This document shows positions 37,930 through 52,900 of a DNA stretch of 64,000 nucleotides, piece by piece. The notes beneath the pieces are model-generated. The model was not told the DNA's origin. It made no database searches and saw nothing but the letters and a program-made list of their open reading frames with translations. Each line of letters opens with the position of its first letter. Position 1 is the first letter of the stretch. The translations under genes and the position numbers were made by a program. This stretch comes from Botryllus schlosseri (Eukaryota), in the NCBI GenBank assembly GCA_051294905.1, contig CM119372.1, forward strand, positions 32,862,001 through 32,926,000, in the 5' to 3' direction.

Positions 37930-40900
37930 GTAAGTACACCATTTCGTAGTCAAATGTTGCATATTCTTTTGGGCAGTGGTCCGCTAGGAGTTCGTTAGTG
38001 GTCCGCGATAAGTTTGTACACTCGAGCAAAATGGTCAACATCACTGATAAAATTGAAAGAGAATCGAGTTAATCTCTTTAATCTAAACATATACGTGCTA
38101 CTGCTTTACCGCATACCCTTTACTGACATTATCTTGTACGAGGTGGAAACAAGCATAAAGGTTGCAGACCCAACTCATTTGATTTAACAGGTAGTGTCGG
38201 GAACAAGTCCGTAGCTTCGAGTATCAAGTCATTTTGAGTCACTTCAGTTTCTGACTAGAGTCTTGTCAAGCCACAATTCCGATTGCCTTGAGAATTAGAG
38301 TAGCTGATCAGTTGCGAATTGTCTTAAAATGTAACTTTAGATTCACCATAGTCATTTCACGTTTGTTATACCCCAAGTCCCGGCCAAATCAATTCACGGG
38401 AAAATAGGCTCACATCGGGTGATCACAATGCTGTCAACAAAGTTTGACGTTGTGCTAGATAGTCCCGCAAACTTGTGCGAGAAGTTGACCCCAATTTAGC
38501 TCATATTATGGTTCAAAATTCAGCTTTAACGTGCATATTAGTTGGTTTAAATATTAATGACTCATGTACGTTCATTGAAACGAGGCCATAAACCAGGGGT
38601 GGTATTGGTTTATTTGTATGTACTACCTGATGATGTGGTAATAGTAGTGATACACCTCATTTTATGAAATGTTTCTTGCCATGGAGGACAAGCATATGCA
38701 AAACATCTGAAAGTACTATAAATTAATTATTGCGAATCCATCGTATCAGAATTTATAATGCGATCATCACACTAAAATTTGAGGTATGTCAGTCTTGATT
38801 CGTGAGTTCCATTACCTTTACTTCGCGGCAAGCTTTAATCGAATGGAATCACTGATAGCGGGAAAGTGCTTATTACCATCACGAAAGGTGGCTTACGTCA
38901 GAATCGGCATATCGAATCACAAGCGTGGGTTGATTTGGCATTTACTTCAACTGATATGGGTGTAAAAGCGGGAGCGTGCGCCGAAAAGACCGTTTTTTTA
39001 CTCTATGACGGCAGGCTTGAAAATCCATACTTGTCGTTTACATTGTAGTTTCGGTGATCTTTAGAGTTCGGAAGATATTCGGAATGTCAAGTCCGCGAAA
39101 CAACGTAGATAAAAATATTTACTTTTTGTACACCCATCATGAACTCTTCTTTGCGATTGGTGCGATACAATAAAATTAGTGTTAAGTCTAGACTCGCGCG
39201 CGGTCTGCCTTTTATTATATTCGGCTATCGTCTATAAGAGGGTCGCAATGTTTCGATTCACCTTTCTAAGAAACCATCACTCGTGTCACCCGGCTCGATA
39301 TTTCAAGCTGCGCCGGTCAGCACCAGGCACAGATTCGCACAAACCTGAACGATTCTTATCGCGCTTTCTCGCGTAGTTACTTAGCGATCCCAGATTTAGT
39401 TACGAAAGTAGACATGTTTAAAGTGAAATATATTGCTGCGTTATATCGTGCCATCGATCGAATGTCTTTACCTTCCGTAATGGTACAATACGTGTGAATT
39501 GACCCCGAGGGCGAGACGCACGTGCCGCCGAGATCTGTAAACGTCTTGTTTCGGCCGCTCCAAAGATTCTGAATTGCCCGCCTCACGCGAGTAACATTTT
39601 TCGTCGCGTGCCGCGAAACTGATTGTATTTGCGTCGCGTGTGTTACGGCAAATACTCGGTGCTATCTTTCCTTTACGAATTACTGGATGGCTTCTTTGCG
39701 CAGTATATCCAAAGCATAAGTCTTTAGGTCTGATTGAGTGATATGTACGCTGTAAATTAAAAGATTTCCACCATTTCGTACGGTGTATGTCACGTCATTA
39801 CCCCATTTTGGTACCAATTACAGCATTCTCTTCCATTTCAATGGGTAGTAGCAAACCAAACACACCAATTAGGATGAGGGTATATCCCAACGGTGTTGTG
39901 GGTGTAGTTTCCCTATGCTTCCTTTTTGTTCCATCTTGAGTGGCACACGAAGACAGCAGCAACTGCACTACTGGGATATATATCCAGAGCTATTGCTCTA
40001 TGGTTCGTTTTCTTCCGTTCGAGTGGGTGTCAACGCATGATTTTGTATTAGAAGGGGCGTTTACCGCATTTCCCCTATACGTCATGTTGTAAATCGATGA
40101 AATACGCGATTTTCGTTTACAGTTTATTGTGATAGACTGATGTACTGATTCAGTGTTTTCCAATCCGAATCTCGAATTAGTTCTGCATCATTTTGCTACA
40201 ACTGTTCCGGAATTCAAAAATCGTATGTCTAAACCTCGCCACAGAAATCCGAGTCTATTCGTTATATTTGAATGGGGCTGCCTCAACACCATTTCCATAG
40301 TGTATCCATGATATCGGTAGAGAAATGTACGGACTATGATTTCCACTGTTATTGTACAGCAATAGATATTAAAAGCCTGGACTCGACTACAAAATAAAAC
40401 TTCTTCCTATTCTTCCAGCGCCTGCAATATCAGTCGCTGACTTCGTCTTTTGGTGTAGTAGATTCCTCTAACAATTTGCAATATTCCTTACACATAACGA
40501 ACGAGTTTTGGACTATAACTTATCCCATCGTAAGCTCCAAACCTTGTCAAGTGATAATACCCAATATCAGTTCGTTTGTGATATCAACAAGCTCTAATCC
40601 GGTTCCGGTAGCCAACCAGCAGTTAAAAATGTCATATGAAAAATAAAAATCGACTTGGAAATTTTATTTTGTCCAAATAAAAATCTACTTTCGCAAGTAT
40701 TCCGAATCCGAATTCATGCCAAAGTCGTCAAATTCTTCCGGTACAGATTTTAATGCATGTCTCTGAGATCTGGACACGGTATGTTAAAGTGAGCAGCTGA
40801 AAATGTGTACACATACAACCGTATAAAATTTACATTACGAGTAATAATGGTGTGATACGGGAAGCACTGTAAATATAAATCGATTCAAAGTTGAACCCCA

Positions 40901-43900
40901 CTTAATAAAATTTACTAATACCCTTGTTATTTTGATATCGTCTCCAGGTCCAAAACTGGATTTGAACAAGTAGGAATAATGACTGCATTGACTGTTCTGG
41001 ATATGGGGAATAAATTATCTCTGATTCGAGTTTCTGTTCGGACTTCGAGCTTCAAAGTAAAGTCCAACTCGTGATTTCTATGGATATCATTTCCGAGTCC
41101 GAGTCTTATTCCAGTTTTATCGCAATATGGTCAGCCAGTTTTCCAAGACCTGAATAGCACTCCAGGCAGGTAGCTTATTTGCCTTTAAATTCAATTGCAA
41201 TCATATGTATCTGAGTTCCAGGGGGTGTCAATTGAAAACCCGAATCAAATTTTACACTTTTATAGATTAGCTCTTATCAGGATATCATAATTCATTGCCA
41301 AATGCTTATTTTTGTCCGCTCATTTAATTCATCCTCACGTAAAAACCAACACCAAATATACCATTGACGACACAATGGATAGCTAATCGCTAAATTATAT
41401 TGAACACTGTTACGTAATCCCTCAAAAATAACTGTTGTGTTGTCAATGGATAGGTCTTGAGGAAAAATCGAGTACTTGAGTTATTCCGTTCCGAATCGGA
41501 ATCGGCTTAGGGTCGAGTCGCTCCGAATCGGAATCGGAGTATGGGACAATGATTATGATGTCACAACACTATTAATGACTCTCAATTCAAATATGTACCG
41601 TTTATGCAAATGTAGAGCAAACAATGCCTGTAACATCACATAACAAATGAATTGATATTTCGTAGATGCTGCAGATTAATCACCATATCACGGAAATGTC
41701 ATTTTCATGAACATGCGTAACCTAGTGCTCCAAGTTTGGTATTCTGGGGTATCACCCACTTTGGTTTCAAGATCTCCACGGTGAAAAGAAAGTACTGAAC
41801 TCTATTTGTTGTTGATAAAATATTCAACTCCTAATCGCACGGGATACAGGCTATTACTATGTTGCTGAAGAAATTAGTTACTCGACCAGAATCATTACAA
41901 TCGAGACTCGATTCGGATTCGGGTGCTCGAATTGTTGTTCTCAGCGGAATCTTTTTTGTTACGAAAGAACCTGATCAAGATATAATATTTTGACAGGTGG
42001 CACTCTGTCCCCAAGTCCAGATTATACGGTTTCGTTCCAATACAATCGAGCTGACGACAGCGTTACGTTCACGATAACAGCTTCAGTTCAAGCTAATCGG
42101 TGGGCCGGATTAGGGTTCTCTAATGACCGCAGTATGGTATGATTCAACAGTTAGCCAATGGTGTTGTAGCAAAGTAACAAACAAGGATTCCATTCGCAGA
42201 CCAATTCCGACGCTGTTGTCGGACATATACCGGCGACCAACTCACCTGTGATCGGGGACTACTTCTTAGAATCCAGGAGTCTGGTTGGGGTAACGAAGGA
42301 CGCTACAAATGATGCCACGCTCGGGACAGCGAATTATGCAGACGGGAAGCTTACCTATTCGTTCACGAGACCACGAGTAACTTCGGTAATATTATTAGTA
42401 CTACTTCAAGTTTTAGGTATGAGGCAATTTACTACTACAGCTAACATGTTAGGTCTGCGAAGTAAGCCAAATAAAACGGCCGGCTGTCACATTGTGATCC
42501 GCGTATACTGTATATATAGGATAAGATTCTACACATTCTTAACATCACCTATAAATTAACTATAACGAAAAGGATTAACGGCATCGTTCATGGATATTAC
42601 AAGGGATCAATCTGAATTTCTATAATGTCAAATAACAGTCATTAGCTATTTGGATTGTAATTTGTTTTTGTCTGCAGTCTGCACTACCGCAAATCGGTGC
42701 AACATATTAGCCAACTCTATAATGTAATCAATTCGATGTTATATATCCGTATTCAAGTCATTCGGCTATACCTTGACGGAACGTCGAAATCATCATGGTC
42801 TACTCTAATCTTACCTTTGAAAAGGAAATACTATAGTATCAAATTACTCGATTATCTCGCGGGCGAATCAGTTGTTTTATGGCTAGGAATTCAATTGGGG
42901 TCATCGGGTTTCATTATATCATTTCACAAAATTCGCCGCATATCGATTTAGACATATAAATCGGTGTCGTTCTATCCTCTCCCCCACTCTCCGTACTAAG
43001 CGATCCCGTCGTCATCTTAAACCACCAACGTAGCTGAGATCCTTCGCGATGTAATCGGTCACTATTTAACTGTTTATATATACGTGTTTACAAACGGTAT
43101 GCGCTGTACTGCACATTAAGCTGTGAGCTCATACTATAGGTATATAGTATTCTATTTGATTGACTTTGATGCTATTACCTACCTCCAGGAATAAGAAAAT
43201 TCAAGATTTCAAAATTTTCCCGGTAAACATTCGGTGAAAGCAGCAAGTCTAAGAAAAGATATAGTAACATCGCTTCTCTGCGATAAACTTTCCTACTCTG
43301 TTGAAAATATATCTCTCATCGCAAAATTTACCATTCGTGGCTACTGGCTAGCTGGCTACATTTGCCGCTGATTGTAGTAAGTAAGAGGACTAGGGCAGGG
43401 AAACATCGAGTACCTGAGTGATCCCATTCGGAGTCCTGTATTGCGCTGTATCACTAATTATGACGATAATTCTGTATAATGCTGTATCACTCATTATGAC
43501 GACTCAACAGAATGTACTATGTCAAAGTTCGAATATGTACCATTTATTCCACCACAAAGAACATAATGCCTGTTATCCGTCAGATTAAACATACTTTGGT
43601 ATTTTTTTCGAAAATACCGATTTTATCGCACTGCTTGACAATGTTGTGGAATGATCATGACTTCGGAAATGTGTTATTTCCAGTAACGTTCGTGGCTTTG
43701 TACTATGTCTCGAATGTTGCGACACGGCCAAGCAAAGTTAGGCTTCCTCAGTGGAGAACAGTATCGAATCTATCATTGGCGTTAGTAAGTAAAACGTTCA
43801 GTGGCGAGGAGCGTATAATTTAAGTACTCGAAAAATTCGTCATTTACTACTACTCGACTCGAATCAATAAAATTAATACTTGGTTCAGATTCGAGTACTC

Positions 43901-46900
43901 GAATCATTGTGCCCAGCCCTAGTCAGGACTGCGCGGTTGATTAGCCCATAAGGTTTCTTGGAGTTATGCCGATTACGGGTGCTAAGTTGGGACATACTTT
44001 CGACTGAAATTCGCCAAGAAATCTTGGTGGTTTCATAGCACAAGCACAAACTTATTGTAGCCTATTATGCATTACTCACGATCCCCACTCACTGAAATGA
44101 GTTTGTTTTTTATTTTCTGCGATTAATATGGCAAGGCATCTTGATTCATGAATCAAACAGGGATTTGATGATTTTGTTAATGTTGCTCATATAATTCACT
44201 CTCAAATTTCTTCTAAAAATGCTTAGGGATCGGTGCTCAATCCAGAGGTGGTCAAAATGGTGTTGTTACTTAAGTAGTAGGACAAAATCTGATGTATTAA
44301 GTCTTGCTCAATTACAAGTTGAAGCATCATTTTCCAATAAATTACTTCAAGTAGAAGTAGAAGTTGAAAGGTCCGAAATTACCGAAGAAAGTAGTTTTGA
44401 GAAATCGGATTTGACCTAGGGACCGCACATTTTTAGAAGTTAATGATGGGAGGTGCCTACTTTCGAAGTTGCATGGTACGTCTTCGTGACTGATGACGCA
44501 ACCAATAGTTGCAATTTTATCTACCGTGACACAGGAGCTATTTTGACCAGCTGTTATGATAAATTCACCCATACGAGAGACGTACACATATCCCAAAACT
44601 AACTTCTACTTTACAAAATCCAAAGTGTCAAATTTAAGCAATTTGTTCTTAAAAAATATTGAATTTAAATGGGCGTAGTGTAAAAGAAGTAATCTAAGTA
44701 ATAAAACCCATCCTGAGTGCTTCTACAAAGTACTGTGCTATTGATCACCTCTGGTTTTGACCTCAAGAAGCATTACTTTCAAGTTGGATCTAGATCAGGG
44801 ACGGGCAACATAAGGCTCGCGGGCCGGATCTGGCCCGCGACGGGATTTTGTGCGGCTCGCCGACAGTTTCCTGTCTTACGTGATGATGAGACCCGCGCCC
44901 CCGTCTACAGACATTTAGGCGCGAACATTTTCGAGCATGAACATTAGCAAGACAAAGCGATATATATCAATACAACTGATATTCACCGCATTGACGTACG
45001 AATGGGATAATGCTATTCCCAAATTTTTCGAGAATATTCGTAATATTTATAAATAGTGTAATATTTTCGGGCAGATGGATTCAAACTAAAACATTTCGCG
45101 CGCTTCTCGCGAATTAGAGAGGCCGTTGGGTTGCAGGAGTTTTTCAGCAAAGTAATCAATAAGAATGAACCGGCCCGAAGTGAATAATCTGCGATAAGTT
45201 CATGCCATGATCAATGTTCAAAATTATAATTAGACGTGCAGTTAATTTTCGAAGAAACCACTTGCTCATACACTCATCAATATCATTGATCAAATTCATT
45301 CTTTTATGATAAAATTTTTGCGCCTGGCGCGACTAGTAGTCAGATATACTATGATTTTCTATCACATTCATATCAACGATTTGGGCTCGCCCGTGAAACG
45401 GTCACCCAATCCAGATATGGTTCGCAACTGCAGGAATGTGTGCGTCTCTGAATTGTATGTACAAAGGGTAGTGCAGGGTATGATGGACGGATCTGTGGCG
45501 CGTTCCCACGGAGGGAGTTCCCCTAAACTCATTAAAAAAAAATCAGAAATCCGGCCTCATGTTCATGTTCCCCTATCCGGCCCGCCGGATGGAGAAGTTG
45601 CCCGCCCCTGATCTAGATATTCCCACATATTGTGATATTGAAAAGCCTAACCCTCGACATCTAGGTCTTGTTACTACAATTTGCTAGCACCCTTGAGTGG
45701 ATATTTTGGGAAATGATCTTTATCTCGTTGTATGTTTCTGACAGGACCAGGGTGACTTATCCCTTGACGAATGCCGATACATGATTTTCGCTTGGAACGG
45801 ACCCGTCTTTGGAGATCAGATCTTCAGACACTCTTCGACTGCGGTCAGCGACCAGCGTATTTGCATCGGTGAGTTCAATTACTGCATAGTCATAGCGGGA
45901 ATAGATACTTGGGCTCGGCGGTTGGGAATATTATGAGGCGTGAACATTTCTGCCAGTGATGTTCATTGTAACGGGGTGACTAAAACTATGACATGGCGTC
46001 CAAGTTGAATTTCTGGGGCACGCGCACCATTCGCCTTCCCCTTGACTACTCAGGTTATGTACGGTGTTGGTACGCCGTTTTGAATCGAGAACAGAATATT
46101 TTGCGACGAAAACTGAGTCAGGGGAACGTGGATTTGGAGTTCGCTTTAAAACGTATCAGTTTTGAGGATTTGGACCGGGTTCGGATTAACGATTTTTGAC
46201 AAACTAGATCTGAATTTTGGATAATGAATTTCTGAGAGCTATTTCAATTTACATGACGCTCTTGAATGAATTATCCAAATAAAACTTTGGTTTAAGCAAG
46301 ATTAAGGGTGGACAATGGACAATAATTCGAATCAATATCGGCTCTAACGACTATCGAAGCATTGAGTTCGACAGGAATCCAGAGGAATTTTCTCATCTCG
46401 GATTGCTTACTTTGTATCAGTTTGCATAAGTTTATCATTGGGCGAAATAGTTATGTTTAGCAGCTCGCAATTATCATGTCATGCGCAAACCAATCAGTTC
46501 TGACGTTGAATATCGAATATTTCAATTAAATCGACTCGATTCGATTCCGTAGTTTTTATCGGAATTCGATCATTATAATCATTTTACGTCTGTGATTCGA
46601 AGCCGCCCAGCCCCAAGTATGACATAGTATGAAATAAGGATTTCTATTTGGATTCAAGTCTCGAATCCCGAACACAATTTGGATTGGAAAATATTAAACC
46701 AGCTCGTCTCCGCTAGGTCCGGAAGTGACTCAGCCTCTCTTCGTCAAAGCCACTGCTCATTTCCAAGCCACGAATGACCCTGTTATCAGACAGCAAGTCA
46801 ATTGCGGGCCACCACCTGATGTTGAATTCGCGAGTCGGTCTTTTCCGGACGAGTCTGCGTTCGGGGTTGGGTCTATCATAGTTTTTACATGCGCCGCCGG

Positions 46901-49900
46901 CTACACCCTCAACGGCCCACAGTCATTGTCATGCGTCGAAGGAGGGACCTGGAATAATGATGCACCGGCTTGCGTTGACACCAGTAAGTATGGGCAACCT
47001 GCATGGACATTGGACAGGGATAGAGAGCATGTACCACGGGGAAGCGAAATGGTGCGCGGTAGTTTTTAAACACGAACTTCCATCTCAATACTCTAACTAC
47101 ACTGTAAATCTAAAAGGTGGAGATTTCCTCCATTAGAAGTGGTTCACCATTTTGACCATTTATGGTGGAATGCAACTCCACCCCCCATCATGGTGGAAAT
47201 ACTTTCCACCCTATATGGGGGAGTACCCTCCTCCCTATATGAGGATTACCTTCCACCCTATATGGAGGAATACCCTCTACCCTATATGGGGGACATACCT
47301 TCCACCCCAACCTATCTGTCAGCTGCCACACATCTTTGCTTTATGCAATACTGCAGAATACAAATCCAATTAAAACATACAAGCATGGCATTTCATGCAT
47401 TTTATTATGCGTATTCAAACAGTCATTACTATAGGGTTACCATATTACAGAATCGAAAAAGGAGGACAATTTTACCAATTCAGGAAAGTTAATTGATCAA
47501 GACTGACAGCCGATTTTGCTATTTTTTGCTGGAAAACTTTTGGTGTTGAATGAAAGCGTTGAGTCCAGAATTACCATATTTTTACTTAAATTTAGTCGTG
47601 TTGACTAAAATAAAAAGTCGGCACTGACAATCGACTTCGAATGACCTGCTTGAGCCTCCGTATGGTAACCCTACATAACTATGATGACAGTTCCATTGTT
47701 TATGGCAACATATTGGTAGCCCTAACAACAAGATTTGTCAGCTCTACGCCAGGCAGCTTTAGCAGGTATGACGAAAGGCAAGTGAGAGTGTGCTTGATAT
47801 TCTTCTGAAACTTGATGTTCAATATCCAATGAGCTGCGATCAGAAGAGCATGTGTTTCATCAAAACTGGCAATGTTTTTTGAGAAGACGATTCCATCCAA
47901 GTGCAGGCTCCATTGCGAATTGTAGACCATCGTTGGATATGGAGAGATAGAAACCTGAAAGATATATTATATTACTATGAAATCTTCGGACTTCAGATCA
48001 TTATGATATCGAGATAGGCTTAGCACATAGGACAATTTATATTACCACTGCACAAGTTATAAACATGAATTTGTGTCACAAAATGTTGCTCATTTGATTT
48101 ATGCTTTTAAAAATATCTTGTCACCAGTCTGTCTGCTGCAATGAAGTATATTTCAATCTCATGAGCCCCAATCCATTAATTAAGCTATGCGCGACGCCTG
48201 TACCAGGTCTACTGAAGCTTGCCACTTTCTATTGCTAGAAGTTGTAACGGCATATAAGAAATATGGATTGACTTGATTTTGAAACACTGGTTTACCATTA
48301 TGGTCATTTACAACAGGCCGGTGTTCCTTATTTTTTAATCCGTATTTGCCTACTTGTAGCACGGCTCACTTCTAGGATTCTTGTAAGACACCGCTTACGC
48401 GGATAAGATGGCGAGGTAGAAACCAGACTTGTACAAACTACTGAATTTTCAAAATCATCAACTAGAACTACAACTACTGAATTTTCAAAATCACTAACTT
48501 GAACTACAACTACCGAATTTTCAATATCAGCAACTAACTACAACTACTGAATTTTCAAAATCCGCAACTAGAACTACAACCACTGAATTTTCAAAATCAG
48601 CAATTAGAACTATAACTAATCGAAAAAACGTTAGCTAGCTGACCAACGACTAACCAACTGTTTAGTTGTAACAATGTATATTATACACCATCTATCTACG
48701 AACAGCTTACCTCTCCAATATGAAGAAAATTGTCATATCCTTCTCCAAAAATGGTTGTTATACCAGCACGCCAATCCAACACTCCATCACCTATAAAGCA
48801 GACACAGGTTATTAGAACTATCGATGATCACTTCTAGCATTCCCATATTTATTTTGAACGCGTGTAATTTTCGGAAATGAATCAAACTCTAACTGGCTGG
48901 TACGAGACTATGTTATTGTGAAAGCCACGATTATTGGTGCGGCGCAAGTCAAACAAGTTTCTACAATTGCATCTCAACGGCAGAAGTTAGAGAGCCACTG
49001 CACTTGAATTCATTCGAAAAAAATTGTTAGCGGAAAATTTGCAATGCCACACAATTTCATGAAATAATACTCTCACCTAGTAATCCTTGTATAGTCTCGG
49101 GAACTTTAGGCCACTTCATTTTGGCCTGAGCTATATTGTACCGGCTCTGTGTTGTGCACTTCCCATCAAGGTTTCAGCCTCTTTCAACATCTTAATATAC
49201 ATAAGATATGATACACCCGTGGCAATGACAATTTATACTACCAGGGGTCACCAACACCCGGCCCGCGACTTGATTTGAGATTTCGGAAGAAAGCTAAGAA
49301 AACATTTTAAAATGCTGAAATTGGCGTGTAATGGCCGAAACACTGCCAAGACCAAGGCGCATAGAAAACAGCTTAGGGCAATGGTTCTGAAAGTGGGGGC
49401 GCGTCCTCTAGTGGGGGCTTTAAAGCATTTGAAGGGGGCGCGGAGCTGCGGTCAACTGAATTTTTTTTCGCGCTCTGCGCGATTTCATAGTTATAGTTAT
49501 TGCTCTGTGTATAGTCCCGAATTCATATTATAGAATTCTCTCATCAACATTCATAACCATCCACGCCGTTAAACTATCCGATTGCTAACAGTATGGGTAC
49601 ATTTTGTGATATGACGATAAGAAGGGCGGGAGAAATATTTCAGTGTCATAAAGGTTTGAGAACCACTGGCTTAGGGTTTCCCCACAAGATCAGCGTTCCC
49701 AGGTATCGTGCACAGCTCAGAGTTCAAAATAAAATGAAATTGATGCCAGTGATGTTTTGTTGTATTTTTATTCCTTCATTAAAATATTACTTCTTTTGTG
49801 GTCACTATGTCCATCGCCTACGTTAGGTAGCACAGCGTTGTACTGACGTAGAGTTTTAAGCCGTGGTTGCCTACTTTATATCGATTTTGGATTCATTCGG

Positions 49901-52900
49901 CCCGCGGCCGCTACGAAATTTGAAAAGTGGCCCGCGACCCGTTTTGAGTTGGCGACCCCTGCTATAGACTATTGTACATCCTGAAAAATTAGAGTTTAAC
50001 TAGCTCATCTTAAATCTAAGATATAAATTAACTGGACTTACAACCCTGGCTCTTTTGCATCTAGAGCTGCTGGCTCCTTCTTCTTCCTCAATCACATTCT
50101 TTCGTTTTGTACCATGCTTCTGCTTCATCTGATTCACCAATTCAGTTTCCAAATGTCTTCGATAGTCCTTGAACTTCTGCCTCAAGGCAATATGCCACGA
50201 GCCCTGAAGAAATGCAAATATTGTTGGACTCAACTCTGCAGAGAGTACTATTACTAAAAGCAAGGAAAAACCCCTAAACAGTCCACAAAGTCTAAAAATT
50301 GGCATTGTTTCAACAATGGCAGCGCCACGACACAATGAACATAACAATGGGTGGTTCTATTGCATTGACTCGATAAGCGATTTTTGGGTGACTCGACTTG
50401 AATCTAGTCTTTTTTTTCAAATATGTTAAATGACTCGACTCGAATCAATTTTTCATTGCATCTACGAAGAATAGTTATTTCGAGTACGAGTCCTGATACT
50501 TGGCAAAATAGGGCCAGAAACTGCTAAGACTGAGGAAAATTACTGTATTCTGGATGCGAGCCAATTACACAAGCAGAATTGATAAAATGTGGATTGAGCT
50601 AAAAACCGAACATTGAACATACGGTAACGACTTGGACTCGGCTTATCTTGTAGGTATTCTGGAATTGTAGCTATTGCCTTCAGAACTACATTGAAGCTGC
50701 GTACAGTGTACGGGTATAGTCATGACAAAAGAGACCATAGGCGACGACTTACGAGGTGGCGCAAGTTCGGACATTTTGATTTGCGAAAACTGTCGCCGAG
50801 GCTGCGTAATACCAGCGCGTATTTAATTGTTCACCAGACATCAGGGACTCGCTAATTGGCAGCGCTTCCGGACTCTTTGGCAAGCTTATCATACTCTAAC
50901 TATATATAGCAATCGTTCCCAAACTTTTTCGTGTCAACCAGGGCAACGTCGAATCGCTCATGTGCCATGCGGTAATCAGAGCATCTGCGACGTGCAGCAC
51001 CAGGTCACGCTCACGCATGTTCTGCTCCTGGAGAACACTTTTATAAGTGACCTTATCAAAAGATTCTATGTAATAATTGTAATTGTAGGGTGACAAATAT
51101 AGAATACTTCTGAAAGCTGTGCGATGAAATCAATCTATATCAAGATCTCTAAACGGCCAAGTACGGCCAATTAATCAGGCATCCTTCTAGGTCTTATGAT
51201 GTTACAATGTTATATAATGTAAGATATAAAAGTGCTCGATTTTGATATTTCCGCGTTCCTTGCTCTTTTCCTTCTCTTCCTTGCCTTGGTTGTTCATCGG
51301 GTCTTTCTCTGAGCCGTAGGATCAAGGTTGTAATTATCCGTTGGCGATGAAAGATTGAAAATGATGACTAGCAGTAGTGCATTCCTCTTATTACAATTAC
51401 TCACTCAAAGCATTTAGACTGACTCTAATAAGGGTCGATTTTCAGTAAATATGGTGTTATATGATTTTCACATCAGAGTTGAACTTGAGATTGTCAATAA
51501 ATTTAATACAGCTTTGGCTTTCATTAAAGTTTAACTCAAAGCAGTGTTGAGATGATTCGAGTCGTGACCTAACCCAAATCAGGCTTTTCAAGTGATTTAA
51601 GTTAATCTCGAGTCACTGCCTCCTGTCCACTGCCCGGACTCGACTCATGACAAATATGAAATGACTCGTGACTAATAGCATAATTTCCAAGTCATTCTGT
51701 TTCTTCGCAACGCATTCTTGACATGCTTGGTACACTGAGAAATGACCACATTACCAATCTTAATAACTAGGGCGCGTTTTTATTGCAATAAAATCTCGAG
51801 AAAGTTGCAGTTTACTTATCTGACTATGTAGAAAGCTCCCCGAAGCTGCAAGAAATAGTTGCAAAAGTTGCAAAGACCGCCGCACTCATGAAAACCACAT
51901 TCCCTTCTCATATACGTTTTCGATATGGTTATAATTCCGTCAGCAGCGACATAGCAGAAACAACAGCTGTGACAGGCCCTAAATTGCGAGCATATCAGCC
52001 TGTACATTATAATTAACAACCAGTAATACCTTTAGTCAATATAAGTCTCGGTTGGGTGTAATTTACTGGTGTTTTCTATGCATGCAACCAAGTTAAACTA
52101 ATTGTTACACATCTTTCAACATAGCACAAAATCGTGTCTTATTTGAAACGGCATGCCATACCTCTTGCTTTGGCGCTTCGTACCCCTGGGCAGAAATCCC
52201 TGCTCTAATAGAACTCAATCAGGCAAGCTCTATCATTTTTAGGACCTACTGACGAATGCGGCCTGTTTTGCATTCTATATATATATATGCTTTTGGATAT
52301 TGCGATTTTTATTTAGTCGGGTCCCACAAGAATGAAATATGTTTATGAGCAAGATATTATTCTCAGGCTCTGATGCTACCACGACGGAAGCAGCCACGAC
52401 GACCCCGATAACAGCGGCTACTGCCGCAGCAGCGGCCGAGCCAGACACTGAAGTAGGAGCCGGTTCCAGATCGCTGGGTCTGTTTCACAACTACAACCGC
52501 ACCCATTGATTAAGAATGCACCCTAAATTTCAATTACAGATCCATGCAATCCGAATCCATGCCCCGCTAATTCACAATGCAAAATCGAACCCACTCTCGG
52601 AATCGGATTTTGTGAGTGCAACGCCGGATACACGTTCAACAGCGACGGAGAATGTGCGATGACGGGTCAGCATTTCAATTCGATCCATATGAATCTTTTA
52701 GCTTTATCTGAATCTTGCGCAGGATAAAACCACACACTTAACAAAATCTCTTATACAGTAGCATTAAGCATTATTTATACAGCTGTTTACCATTTTATCA
52801 ACTGCCGTTATGACCGTTGAGAAATGCGATATTTCTTTCCGTATGTTTGGTAAGTGTGTGACGGTATTGGCGACGCTATGGTTGATATTATGCTCCATTC

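Larger units (their letters stand above)
47700..50203 (-). pseudogene. SAMD3-like (EnSpm accessory-ORF-like) spliced gene fragment
   Basis: Minus exons 50203-50042 (GSWHIALRQKFKDYRR..KRKN..KRAR), 49190-49077 (one apparent frameshift), 48790-48711, 47954-47700 (..HALLIAAHWILNIKFQKNIKHTLTCLSSYLL..*); GT-AG boundaries; minus-strand AATAAA at ~47401. Confidence 0.65.
47100..50890 (-). mobile_element. CACTA/EnSpm-like element remnant antisense within an intron
   Basis: CACTGTAAA terminus at 47100 followed by subterminal CCACCCTATATGG repeats; carries a spliced SAMD3-like gene. The far boundary is uncertain. Confidence 0.55.

Noticed and set aside
39950..41050. Possible very old LINE remnant on the minus strand (also 14200-14800)
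   Set aside because: Only isolated, ambiguous motif fragments; boundaries could not be defined.
43149..43165. ATTCTATTTGA resembling the ascidian spliced-leader start
   Set aside because: Diverges before the AATAAG/GT donor and there is no Sm site; expected by chance in AT-rich DNA.
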